Part shown: piece after piece, positions 47,497 through 60,114 of the stretch | Layout of the letters: every line of letters begins with the position of its first letter | How positions within the stretch are numbered: position 1 is the stretch's first letter | Source of the DNA: Macrostomum hystrix | Taxonomy: Eukaryota; Animalia; Platyhelminthes | Length of the DNA stretch: 64,000 nucleotides | Reading direction: 5' to 3' | NCBI GenBank assembly: GCA_950097015.1 | Contig: CATNEN010000034.1 | Location: 6,820,001-6,884,000 of the forward strand | Position numbers and translations under genes: made by a program | Notes under the pieces: model-generated | Databases searched by the model: none | What the model saw: only the letters and a program-made list of their open reading frames with translations | Told to the model about the DNA's origin: nothing

Positions 47497-50400
47497 TAAG
47501 TGATTGATTGATTGATTGATTGATTGAGTGAGTGAGTGAGTGTGTGAGTGATTGATTGAGTGAGTGAGTGATTGTGTGATTGATTGATTAAGTGAGCGAG
47601 TGAGTGTGTGAGTGATTGATTGAGTGAATGAGTGAGTGAGTGAGTGTGTGAGTGATTGATTGAGTGAGTGAGTGAGTGAGTGAGTGATTGATTGATTGAG
47701 TGAGTGAGTGAGTGAGTGTGTGAGTGATTGATTGAGTGAGTGAGTGAGTGAGTGAGTGAGTGATTGATTGAGTGAGTGATTGATTGAGTGAGTGAGTGAG
47801 TGAGTGAGTGAGTGTGTGAGTGATTGATTGAGTGAGTGATTGATTGAGTGAGTGAGTGAGTGAGTGTGTGAGTGATTGAGTGAGTGAGTGAGTGAGTGTG
47901 TGAGTGATTGAGTGAGTGAGTGAGTGTGTGAGTGATTGAGTGAGTGAGTGAGTGAGTGTGTGAGTGATTGAGTGAGTGAGTGAGTGAGTGAGTGAGTGCG
48001 TGAGTGATTGATTAAGTGAGTTAGTGAGTGTGTGAGTGATTGATTGATTGAGTGAGTGAGTGAGTGTGTGAGTGAGTGAGTGAGTGAGTGTGTGAGTGAT
48101 TGATTGAGTGAGTGATTGAGTGAGTGAGTGAGTGAGTGAGTGTGTGAGTGATTGATTGAGTGAGTGAGTGAGTGTGTGAGTGATTGAGTGAGTGAGTGAG
48201 TGATTGATTGAGTGAGTGAGTGAGTGAGTGAGTGATTGATTGATTGAGTGAGTGAGTGAGTGAGTGTGTGAGTGATTGATTGAGTGAGTGAGTGAGTGAG
48301 TGAGTGAGTGATTGATTGAGTGAGTGATTGAGTGAGTGAGTGAGTGAGTGAGTGTGTGAGTGATTGATTGAGTGAGTGATTGATTGAGTGAGTGAGTGAG
48401 TGAGTGTGTGAGTGATTGAGTGAGTGAGTGAGTGAGTGTGTGAGTGATTGAGTGAGTGAGTGAGTGTGTGAGTGATTGAGTGAGTGAGTGAGTGAGTGTG
48501 TGAGTGATTGAGTGAGTGAGTGAGTGTGTGAGTGATTGAGTGAGTGAGTGAGTGAGTGTGTGAGTGATTGAGTGAGTGAGTGAGTGAGTGAGTGAGTGCG
48601 TGAGTGATTGATTAAGTGAGTTAGTGAGTGTGTGAGTGATTGATTGATTGAGTGAGTGAGTGAGTGTGTGAGTGAGTGAGTGAGTGAGTGTGTGAGTGAT
48701 TGATTGAGTGAGTGATTGAGTGAGTGAGTGAGTGAGTGAGTGTGTGAGTGATTGATTAAGTGAGTTAGTGAGTGTGTGAGTGATTGATTGATTGAGTGAG
48801 TGAGTGAGTGTGTGAGTGAGTGAGTGAGTGAGTGTGTGAGTGATTGATTGAGTGAGTGATTGAGTGAGTGAGTGAGTGAGTGAGTGTGTGAGTGATTGAT
48901 TGAGTGAGTGAGTGAGTGTGTGAGTGATTGAGTGAGTGAGTGAGTGATTGATTGAGTGAGTGAGTGAGTGAGTGTGTGAGTGATTGATTGAGTGAGTGAG
49001 TGAGTGAGTGAGTGAGTGATTGATTGAGTGAGTGATTGATTGAGTGAGTGAGTGAGTGAGTGAGTGTGTGAGTGATTGATTGAGTGAGTGAGTGATTGAG
49101 TGAGTGAGTGAGTGAGTGTGTGAGTGATTGAGTGAGTGAGTGAGTGTGTGAGTGATTGAGTGAGTGAGTGAGTGAGTGTGTGAGTGATTGAGTGAGTGAG
49201 TGAGTGAGTGAGTGAGTGCGTGAGTGATTGATTAAGTGAGTTAGTGAGTGTGTGAGTGATTGATTGATTGAGTGAGTGAGTGAGTGTGTGAGTGAGTGAG
49301 TGAGTGAGTGTGTGAGTGATTGATTGAGTGAGTGATTGAGTGAGTGAGTGAGTGAGTGAGTGTGTGAGTGATTGATTGAGTGAGTGAGTGAGTGTGTGAG
49401 TGATTGAGTGAGTGAGTGAGTGATTGATTGAGTGAGTGAGTGAGTGAGTGAGTGATTGATTGATTGAGTGAGTGAGTGAGTGAGTGTGTGAGTGATTGAT
49501 TGAGTGAGTGAGTGAGTGAGTGAGTGAGTGATTGATTGAGTGAGTGATTGAGTGAGTGAGTGAGTGAGTGAGTGTGTGAGTGATTGATTGAGTGAGTGAT
49601 TGATTGAGTGAGTGAGTGAGTGAGTGTGTGAGTGATTGAGTGAGTGAGTGAGTGAGTGTGTGAGTGATTGAGTGAGTGAGTGAGTGTGTGAGTGATTGAG
49701 TGAGTGAGTGAGTGAGTGTGTGAGTGATTGAGTGAGTGAGTGAGTGTGTGAGTGATTGAGTGAGTGAGTGAGTGAGTGTGTGAGTGATTGAGTGAGTGAG
49801 TGAGTGAGTGAGTGAGTGCGTGAGTGATTGATTAAGTGAGTTAGTGAGTGTGTGAGTGATTGATTGATTGAGTGAGTGAGTGAGTGTGTGAGTGAGTGAG
49901 TGAGTGAGTGTGTGAGTGATTGATTGAGTGAGTGATTGAGTGAGTGAGTGAGTGAGTGAGTGTGTGAGTGATTGATTAAGTGAGTTAGTGAGTGTGTGAG
50001 TGATTGATTGATTGAGTGAGTGAGTGAGTGTGTGAGTGAGTGAGTGAGTGAGTGTGTGAGTGATTGATTGAGTGAGTGATTGAGTGAGTGAGTGAGTGAG
50101 TGAGTGTGTGAGTGATTGATTGAGTGAGTGAGTGAGTGTGTGAGTGATTGAGTGAGTGAGTGAGTGATTGATTGAGTGAGTGAGTGAGTGAGTGTGTGAG
50201 TGAGTGAGTGAGTGAGTGTGTGAGTGATTGATTGAGTGAGTGATTGAGTGAGTGAGTGAGTGAGTGAGTGTGTGAGTGATTGATTGAGTGAGTGAGTGAG
50301 TGTGTGAGTGATTGAGTGAGTGAGTGAGTGATTGATTGAGTGAGTGAGTGAGTGAGTGAGTGATTGATTGATTGAGTGAGTGAGTGAGTGAGTGTGTGAG

Positions 50401-50990
50401 TGATTGATTGAGTGAGTGAGTGAGTGAGTGAGTGAGTGATTGATTGAGTGAGTGATTGAGTGAGTGAGTGAGTGAGTGAGTGAGTGTGTGAGTGATTGAT
50501 TGAGTGAGTGATTGATTGAGTGAGTGAGTGAGTGAGTGTGTGAGTGATTGAGTGAGTGAGTGAGTGAGTGTGTGAGTGATTGAGTGAGTGAGTGAGTGTG
50601 TGAGTGATTGAGTGAGTGAGTGAGTGAGTGTGTGAGTGATTGAGTGAGTGAGTGAGTGAGTGAGTGAGTGCGTGAGTGATTGATTAAGTGAGTTAGTGAG
50701 TGTGTGAGTGATTGATTGATTGAGTGAGTGAGTGAGTGTGTGAGTGAGTGAGTGAGTGAGTGTGTGAGTGATTGATTGAGTGAGTGATTGAGTGAGTGAG
50801 TGAGTGAGTGAGTTAGTGAGTGAGTTATTGGGTGAGTGAGTGAGTGAGTTAGTGAGTGAGTTATTGGGTGAGTGAGTGAGTGAGTTATTGAGTGAGTGAG
50901 TGAGTGAGTGAGTTAGTGAGTGAGTTATTGGGTGAGTGAGTGAGTGAGTTATTGAGTGAGTGAGTGAGTGAGTGAGTGGGTGTGTGTGCG
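47497..50990. repeat. ~3.5 kb compound microsatellite (GAGT)n/(GATT)n/(GT)n
   Basis: Direct inspection. Confidence 0.97.
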
Positions 50991-51606
50991 TGAAGCGTTA
51001 TAAGTTCTACCTCTTAAAAGTATATTAATATATAAAAAATCATCAACACCAATTGAGAGCTAAAACAGAGGCAGCAAATCTGTTTAGTATGGCTGTGATG
51101 TGCCGAAGATCATTTACAAACAGTTTTGCAAGGGTTTAGAAACAAAATCTCATGTGATTTGGTGAACTGTTATATTTTATAGCAAATTAACAACTACTAA
51201 ATTATTTAGGCACGTGACAAAAAACAAAACGCAGAATACTACTGTAGAAAAGAATAAGTAGTTAAATGTTAAAAAGCAAAAAATGCACAGAATATGTGAA
51301 GCAAGAATATGGTAATTGTAAAACAAGTTGGCATCGCACAGTTAGTACTTTATATAATTGGCGCCGATAAGGGGAATCAAGACGATATGACAGCTGCGGG
51401 TCGATAAATACACAAGAGGTATGTAAATAATTTCTAATTAAGCACCATCAAAGATATCACAGATAACATTTTTAGGACAGCATATAATACAAGATAAAAT
51501 ACCTACCTACCAAATATGCTAATTTGTATTGCTATATTTTTTCTAATCAAATTGTAACTATGGTGTAAATATATTAATAAAATTGTTGATTTGTACTAAA
51601 AAAGCA

Positions 51607-52729
51607 CTGTCAGCTGTACAGCAGTCAGTTGTCACAGCAGTCAGTTGTCACATCAGTCAGTTGTCACATCAGTCAGTTGTCACAGCAGTCAGTTGTCTCA
51701 TAACTCAGTTGTCACAGCAGTCAGTTGTCACAGCAGTCAGTTGTCACATAATTCAGTTGTCAATGCAGTCAGTTGTCAATGCAATCTGCTGTCACAGCAG
51801 TCATTTGTCACAGCAGTCAGTTGTCACAGCAGTCAGTTGTCACAGCAGTCAGTTGTCACAGCAGTCAGTTGTCACAGCAGTCAGTTGTCACAATTCAGTT
51901 GTCAATGCAGTCAGTTGTCACAGCAGTCAGTTGTCACATAATTCAGTTGTCAATGCAGTCAGTTGTCAATGCAATCTGCTGTCACAGCAGTCATTTGTCA
52001 AAGCAGTCAGTTGTCACAGCAGTCATTTGTCACAGCAGTCAGTTGTCACAGCAGTCAGTTGTCACAGCAGTCAGTTGTCACAGCAGTCAGTTGTCACAGC
52101 AGTCAGTTGTCACATCAGTCAGTTGTCACAGCAGTCAGTTGTCACAGCAGTCAGTTGTCACATAATTCAGTTGTCAATGCAGTCAGTTGTCAATGCAATC
52201 TGCTGTCACAGCAGTCATTTGTCACAGCAGTCAGTTGTCACAGCAGTCAGTTGTCACAGCAGTCAGTTGTCACAGCAGTCAGTTGTCCCAGCAGTCAGTT
52301 GTCTCATAACTCAGTTGTCACAGCAGTCAGTTGTCACAGCAGTCAGTTGTCACAGCAGTCAGTTGTCACAATTCAGTTGTCAATGCAGTCAGTTGTCAAT
52401 GCAATCTGCTGTCACAGCAGTCAGTTGTCACAGCAGTCAGTTGTCACAGCAGTCAGTTGTCATAATTCAGTTGTCAATGCAGTCAGTTGTCAATGCAATC
52501 TGCTGTCACAGCAGTCAGTTGTCACAGCAGTCAGTTGTCACAGCAGTCAGTTGTCACAGCAGTCAGTTGTCACATTAGTCAGTTGTCACAGCAGTCAGTT
52601 GTCACAGCATTCAGTTGTCAATGCAATCTGTTGTCACTGCAGTCAGTTGTCACAGCAGTCAGTTGTCACAGCAGTCAGTTGTCACAGCAGTCAGTTGTCA
52701 CATCAGTGAGTTGTCACAGCAGTCAGTTG
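51607..52729. repeat. 16-bp minisatellite (GTCACAGCAGTCAGTT) just 3' of the RGS12-like stop codon
   Basis: About 70 tandem units; the long SQQSVVTAVSCH ORFs are repeat translations. Confidence 0.95.
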
Positions 52730-52770
52730 TACGCAGGCAATTGTCGTGCTGCCAAAAATTGTCAAGTATA

Positions 52771-55700
52771 TTATTCCGGGGCTGATAAAAAAATTTCATG
52801 GGTTGTTGGGGAAGGCGTTAAAGAACGCGTTTGCCAACAGCCGCTGTCGTCTTTAAACACCGATGGAGGCGACGGAGTACGCGGCGTTGGCAGCGGCTGC
52901 GGTTGGACAGGCTGTCGACGCCTCGGAGGAGGAGGAGGCGGCGCGGGTTGACGGCGCAGGAAGTCGGGCAGTCGCTGGCAGTCAGCGGTGATAGGGACTC
53001 GCTGATCGTCCAGCCTGGCTGACTGGGCTTTGGCTAGCAGCGACAAAAGCCGGCTGTCGGAGCCGCCTCTGCTGCCGCAGTCGCTGTCATTGTCGTCAGC
53101 GTCGATGCGAGATCGAGGCGGTGGCGGTGGCGGCGGTGGTGGCGGTGGCTGAGGCATCAGCTCTTTGGCGATTGGTTCTGTAATACAAGGCAACAGTTAA
53201 TGAAACTAATAAACTGGACAAGTAATAACAATACTCTCAGTGGTTGGCCCTGATAGCCGTAAATTGTAAATTAGGATTGAGCAAATGAACCTATCAGTTA
53301 ACTATCAACGAGTTAGAAAATAAGAAAAGAAGTTAATTTTTACTGCAGATGATAAATTATGCTATTTATTAAATAGTCAATAAAAATGCATTATTAGACA
53401 GTAGCAAAAATAAAACAGAAGACATTAGAACTAAAAATTGCACCTGAAAAATCTGGTTCACTGGGCCTGAATAATTGGCTAAAAATGCAACTCAAATAAC
53501 TAGTAATTTGAAAGTTTCATCATAAAAGCAACTCAGCAAGCGCAAGACGTATTAGTCGGTAATCAAACAAATATGTCAATAAAAACTCTAAAAATCTGGT
53601 TTCAAGCTTTATAGTATAAAACTAGCTTCGTCTCATATAAAATTGCGTTTGAGAAAGGAGTAAATGAATTAAGAGGTGTGTACAGAAGCCAGAGCCAGCT
53701 AATCAAAGAATACCAGGGAGTGAGGCGGATAGATAAGGAAATAAATGACTTGGAAAGCGTGAACACAATTCAGCCAACCATAGAAGACCAGGGAGTGAGG
53801 CGGATAGATAAGGAAATAAATGACTTAGAAAGCGTGAACACAATTCAGCCAACCATAGAAGACCAGGGAGTGAGGCGGATAGATAAGAAAATAAATGACT
53901 TAGAAAGCGTGAACACAATTCAGCCAACCATAGAAGACCAGGGAGTGAGGCGGATAGATAAGGAAATAAATGACTTGGAAAGCGTGAACACAATTCAGCC
54001 AACCATAGAAGACCAGGGAGTGAGGCGGATAGATAAGAAAATAAATGACTTGGAAAGCGTGAATACAATTCGAATGTACGAGCGTACATTGTTAAAAGTT
54101 AAGTCAGCCAGTAAAAAGCTGATTGACTGTTTTAAGTCTGTATAAAAGCGAAAGGTCTATAAAACAGGGCGGGTTAGGCAAATGAGCTTTTAAGCAGCTT
54201 CTGCATCACGTGACCGATGCTAGAGCGCTTGACCGCAGTGGCTGCCGAAGCAGCAGTGACGGTCGCTGTCTTGTGCTGCAACTGCTGCCGGCGACGCGGC
54301 TGTGCCCTGTCGCCAAACAGGTGGAAGTCTGGAAATCCGAAAGTGCGCTTGAACTAGTTTTAGACTAATCTACCCAAGAAGGGGCTAATAAATACTTTTC
54401 TGCAGTGATCGAAAGGAAGTGCACTAGTTAGCATTGCAAGAAATACATCAATTAATCAACTTTGGTTAATGTACAGCACTTCAAGATTCTGTTGTTAAAG
54501 CTATCGTTAGTCAAAACGTAGAATATTTTTAACGACGACGAAAAAAGGCCGCAGCGGAGCAGCAACCCTCTGAGAACAGCCAAAATTGACAACCCACTAA
54601 CAGACAACCGTAATGGGCAACGCACTAACAGACAACCATAATGGGTAACCCACTAACAGACAACCGTAATGGGCAACCCACTAACAGACAACCATAATGG
54701 GCAACCCACAAATGGACAGCTCTAATGGGCAACCCACTAGCAAATTAGAGAGGCTTGCTACTTTGCTCACCAACAAAGTCCTCTTTAGGAAGGGCGCACA
54801 GTCGAAGGCCGTCCACGCAGTCAACGGGAGCGTCCAGTCCAAGCGGCACGAAGCCGCACTCGCGACAGACAACCAGGCGGTCCAGCCGCAGGCCGTATCT
54901 ACCGCACACCGGACGCAGAACGTCGCGCAAGGATTTGGCCGGCCGAGCACGAACTCCAACGAAGCGGGCGGCCGGAGCCGGCAGCTCCAGGCGGAACAGG
55001 ACCCGGCGCTCCATGCGTACCAGGCGGCCGGCGAATGCGGACAGCGGCGCGTCCAAGCCGACGCCGAGCGGGTGATCGATGTCGACGGCGTTAGCACGAC
55101 CGGCGCTACAGTCGGGATCGACAGCCACCCGAACCTCGGCGGCGGCAAAGTTGAGGCCCCGAGGTTCGCACAGGTCTAGCAGGGCCTCGCGTAGGCTGCG
55201 CTGACCAGCCGGGCCACCGCGGACATCTAGCAGGGCCGAGGAGCCGTCAGCCAGTTCAACACGACAGAAGCCGCCAGTTGTGGCGGCAGTTGGTGGTGAA
55301 GGAGAACGGGAGCGGAGCTGCTGCTGTTGCTGATCAGAGAAACGTCGAAGTGTGCGCCCTGGAATGTGAATTTTCAAACTGGACTCGATCGAAATCGGAA
55401 ATGAAATCGGACACGATGCGAGCGACTTCGTTAGACAGCTGATCTAGGGATCCCAAATCTAGGGATCTGGGAAGGTGGCGGCCTCAATCTAGGGATCTGG
55501 GAAGGTGGCGGCCTCAATCTAGAGATCTTGGAAGGTAACATCCACAATCTTGGGATCTGGGAAGGTGGCGGCCTCGATCTAGGGATCTGGGAAGGTGGCG
55601 GCCTCGATCTAGGGATCTGGGAAGGTGGCGGCCTCGATCTAGGGATCTGGGAAGGTGGCGGCCTCGATCTAGGGATCTGGGAAGGTGGCGGCCTCAATCT

Positions 55701-58700
55701 AGGGATCTGGGAAGGTGGCGGCATCGATCTAGGGATCTGGGAAGGTGGCGGCCTCAATCTTGGGATCTGGGAAGGTGGCAGCCTCAATCTAGGGATCTGG
55801 GAAGGTGGCAGCCTCAATCTTGGGATCTGGGAAGGTGGCAGCCTCAATCTAGGGATCTGAGAAGGTGGCGGCCTCAATCTTGGGATCGATCTGGGATGGT
55901 GGCGGCCTCAATCTAGGGATCTGGGAAGGTAACATCCACAATCTTGGGATCTGGGAAGGTCTTACCGCGCACCAATCCGGCTAAGAAGCCTCGCCGTTTC
56001 GCTCCGCCTCCGCTGCCATTATCGCCGGCTTCTGCGCCAATCGTTAACGGCCGCTGCTTTTTGCTGCTGCTGCTGCTTCAGTGTTGCCGCCACCAAAGCC
56101 TCGCGGTAGATGCCGGACCTGAGGAAGCGGGAATAGCTGTCCAATCGCATCAGGTCGTAGATGTGTCTCTGGGCGCGGTCGAATGCGTTTCGACTCGGAG
56201 GCGGCCGACTGGCGTCTAGGACATCAGCCCGAAGCTGCTCGACGGTGGCACCGTCAAGATTGACGCAGTGCGGCGCGTTGATGCCGATGAAATCGGACAC
56301 GATGCGAGCGGCTTCGTTAGACAGCTGAATGGAGTGGTAGAACAAAGGTGGAAGCGGCATATTTCCTAAATCAATCAATCACTTCAGATTCCCACCCTAC
56401 GACCCTAACGGGTTCCTAAATCCCTAAATTATAGAATCAGAGAAACAATCCGATCCGATAATCCTAGAATAAGGAGCCCCAAATCCTAGATTAAGGATCC
56501 CAAATCCTAGACTATTGTACCTAAAAACCTAGAATTAGGAGCCGTAAATCCTGTAATTAGGAGCCCTAAATCCTGTATTAGAAGCCCTAAATCCCAATTA
56601 GACAGGACAATAAAAGCGATTAATGCAAATAAAAAAATCCGATTCATAATTACGGGTTATGGGATTACGGGATTCTAGAAATCCATCAGCCAAGCGTCAA
56701 AACAAAGACTCACCGCCTCCTGATCTTCCATTGCCCTATAACGCTCAACGGCTAGCCAGAATGCCACATTCTCTTCGCTGAATTCTCCGCGCAAAAATTC
56801 GGCAAACAATTTCACTCCGGCTGAATCGCGCAGCAGTTTATCTAGCCCGGTGGCCCAGTCAGCTGGGCCCGCAGCTGAAGCTCCTTCCTCCTTGCACGTG
56901 GTGCTGACGATATCAACGCCGGGTGGCAGGCCGGCGCCAAGGGCCATCGCCGACTGAGGCCGCGGACGCGGCTGCTTAGTGGCGACAAAGTCGGCGCCGA
57001 TGCCGCGGCTGAAATCTTCGCTGCGCCGACGATTGAACTCGGCGATGCGGCCGGATGCGGTAGCGGCTTTGGAAGGAGATGGCGGCTCCGCCTCGTCGGA
57101 GGAAGCGCTGCTGGCCAGGTTCTGGGGATGCACAACAAATGTTGGGATAAGATGCGGCCAAGGGATTCTGCAAAAATTCTAAATGGCTTCTTATTATTGA
57201 TTCGTGCTTCAAATATTATCATCCACAGTTTCTGTAGCCGAACATTTTTTAAAAGTCATTTCAAATATATTTCAGAATAAAACTAAATCTGTTTCTTAGA
57301 AACGTGAAATCTATTTTGAGGAAATGCGAAATTCATTCAATCAAAATATGAAATATTTTTCTAAGAAACTAAAAATTAATTTCTAAGAATTGTTAGGTCG
57401 ATTTTTTGGAAATTTGATCTTTATTCCTAAGAAGTAAGAAAGTTATAAGAAATGTTATGACATGTTTCGGAAATTGTACAATATTTTTTCTAAGAAATGT
57501 GACGTATATTACTATATACGACGGCTACGATTTCTAAGAAATGAATCTTTCCACAAGAACATTGAGCTTTCAAAGATTGCCATGACTTGCGGTTTTCATC
57601 TCAGATCTCTGCCGCATTCTAAGCTCGAAATTAGCTTCCTCGTAGATTAACCGGCCTCACCTCGCAGGACAACGCCCCGAGTACAGGGGCCCAACGAGTC
57701 GACGACGCCGCCGGCTCCAGTGATGACTGATCAGCGAATCCAGCCAGGATTCGATTAGAGATCATCAGCTCGGAGGCCAGTGTCCGCACTGTAGAATCAG
57801 ACATGGCGCCGGTCAGTGTAGCCGAAGATTCGGTGGCGGCAGCGGCTGTCAGATCAGCTTCAGCTGACATCGCTGTCATCGGCCTCAGCAGCCCGACTGT
57901 CGGCCTCCGGCGGCGTCGGGTAGCTCAGACTGGGCGGCAACGCGCCCTCCCTATCGGCGAACAGGCGGACAAGCCGGTGAACAATGGGCGCCTGCCAGTT
58001 GCGGCAGCTGGGCGCAGCCGCCGGCGCCGTCCGGACGACAGGACAAGCCGAAGGCCGCCGTCCAGCGGGCGTGTCCGCCGCGCCGATGATCGGCTAGTCG
58101 GCCGCTAACGCGAAAGACGTGCACAACGCCCTGTAGGGTTAGGAGAGCGAAGTAGCGCGCATCCTCGCTATAGGCACAGGCGAATGCCAGACTGTCCGGC
58201 GACAGGCTGAGCAAGGGGCGTCGGCGGGCGTCGGCGAGGCGAATGGCGAGCGGAGTGACCTCCAGCAGGACCGGCTGCGAAGGCGGGAGAATTCAAATCA
58301 TTCATAGAATACTTCTACCACTTCTTCACATTGTCTCGAATAACAATAATTGCAGGAGGGCTGCGGGCAATGGCACACCATTTGGTAACACAAGAACTGC
58401 AGCCAGCGAGGAGGCAATTCTGCCCATTTCGCTGACTCCTGAGCACACACGCACACAGATACCGTACGCAGACACTCACTCACACAGGTTTGTACATCTG
58501 CCCTGACTTTCTCGTCGTCAGGCAGTGTACACTCTCACTGTGCCTTGGAGGTTGGCCCACAAAGGCGAAAGTTGCCAGACAAGCCTCCAAGCCTTCTCTC
58601 CTCAGCTGCACCCTAATTTAAAATGCGGCCTCGAGCTCAGGAATCGACCTTGGTGCGAGAGGCAAACTCGCTAACTGCTCTGCCAGTCATTATTATCATA

Positions 58701-60114
58701 TTCTCTTTATAATTATCCGGTAATCTTACGACTTGTAATATTTTTCTAATTATCTAAAACAATTCGAATCAGCTGAATGTTATCTCAGAATTATCTTGTT
58801 CTTTCCAAGAAACTTATGTCATAGTATTCAAAGCGTTATAGGGGCATGAGCATAGTTAATGCTGTAAAGCCTGACTCGCTATAAAAGTCGTTTGAAACTT
58901 TAAATAAAAGGCCCACTCCCCACTTTCGGTCTCCACTCACTACTAGAAGTAGAGAATAAAGATGAGTGCACTGGTTTCATCGACTGAAGGTCTTACGAAT
59001 ATTTTACGAATTATTCCATCCTTATCTAAATCATTCTATCCTACTGCTGCATTCACCCATTTGCGCCTAGGAAAACATTATCAGCTTCCTAAAAAAAGCT
59101 CTGAAATTACCCAGAATTATTCCTGCCAATCCAGGTTCCTAAAATGAAACCCACCCACGCACTCACCCCACTGGCTGACTGCACCGCTCCAACCGATGGA
59201 GTCGGCGAAGATGCAGGCGATGGCGGCAGACGGGCAGCCCGCACATTGGCGATTGCCTGGCGCACCGCACGCAGACGATCCGCGGGCGGAGGCAGCGGCG
59301 ACGGCAACTGCAGGCTGGCGACGTGGATGACCAGCCAGCGGGCGGGCGGCTCCGCCGACTCGCCGGTGATGGCGGCAGCCGGGGCGCCGGCGTCCTCGTA
59401 GCGCTGCTCCGGACCGATGGCGCCGGCGCGACGATCGCTGGGCTGATGCCGGGGCGGCGGCGGGGGCGGCGGTGGAGATGGCAAAGGAAGCTGCTGCTGC
59501 TGCAGAGCTGGTGCAGTTTCATCGTCCGAGCAGCCTCCAAGATGACTGGGCTCGGCCTGATATTGAATTTCAATTTGGCACAAGCTTGACTAACAGTTAA
59601 ACGACCACGGGAGTGATTTCAAGAACCCACATGTTTCTGGATCTCCCAAAATATTCAACCAATCGCCATGAATATCCAGAACAGGTGCCAAAAGTTTCCG
59701 CTTTATTTTATTTATGCTCCATTCTCTCGGATTCTCTCGACTCACCCCTTATCTGAGTCCTCAGATGTGACCGTTCTCTCCCACCATCTCAGTCAGGGCA
59801 CTCACCGACACAACCTGCAAAGCCAGCGAATCGCCACTAGCGGCAATGAGAGCGGCAACCTTCTCGTGCTCTGCGGCGTCAACCGGGCGACCATTGACGC
59901 CTAGCAGGTAGTCGCCAGGTCGAAGTCCAGCCGATTGAGCCGCGCTGCCTGGCACAATGGCACTGACAACGCAGGGTCGCTGGCCGCTGATGCTGAAGCC
60001 GTAGCCGCCGCTCAGACGGCGCATAGGAACTGTCCGTACCGCGTGCACCGTGCGGCACTGACGGTGGCAGCGGTGGCGCCAATCAGCAGCTCTCAGTGCA
60101 GCTGCAGCAGCCAT
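52771..60114 (-). CDS. RGS12: RGS12/loco-type regulator of G-protein signalling (PDZ-PTB-RGS-RBD-RBD-GoLoco), about 8 coding exons, with apparent frameshifts
   Basis: Exons 60114-59806 (PDZ GYGFSISGQRPCVV), 59556-59167 and 58274-57661 (PTB), 57121-56714 and 56324-55966 (RGS: FAEFLRGEFSEENVAFW, AQRHIYDLMRLDSYSRFLRS), 55358-54771 (RBDs), 54328-54215, and 53177-52771 (GoLoco LLSLLAKAQSARLDDQR). Splice phases agree if single-base indels at ~57991 and ~56060 are corrected. Confidence 0.88.
53713..54070. repeat. 75-bp tandem repeat (~4.7 copies) in the last RGS12 intron
   Basis: Period 75; ORF 53678..54145 is its translation. Confidence 0.9.
54592..54740. repeat. 28-bp minisatellite (CACTAACAGACAACCGTAATGGGCAACC) in an RGS12 intron
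   Basis: About 5 tandem units. Confidence 0.85.
55441..55960. repeat. 30-bp minisatellite (GATCTGGGAAGGTGGCGGCCTCAATCTAGG) in an RGS12 intron
   Basis: About 17 tandem units. Confidence 0.92.
58345..58687 (-). mobile_element. tRNA-derived SINE family B, full-length copy in an RGS12 intron
   Basis: Minus strand A-box TGGCAGAGCAG, B-box GGTCGATTCC, body matching 42958-43290, tail ATTATTGTTATT. Confidence 0.8.

Noticed and set aside
47497-50990. Telomeric repeat
   Set aside because: Unit is GAGT/GATT, not TTAGGG, and genes flank it on both sides
51583-52951. Ser/Gln/Cys-rich long ORFs
   Set aside because: Translations of the 16-bp satellite, antisense to the RGS12 3' region
53678-54145. 155-aa ORF with a 25-aa repeat
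   Set aside because: Intronic 75-bp tandem repeat, antisense to RGS12; no splice or homology support
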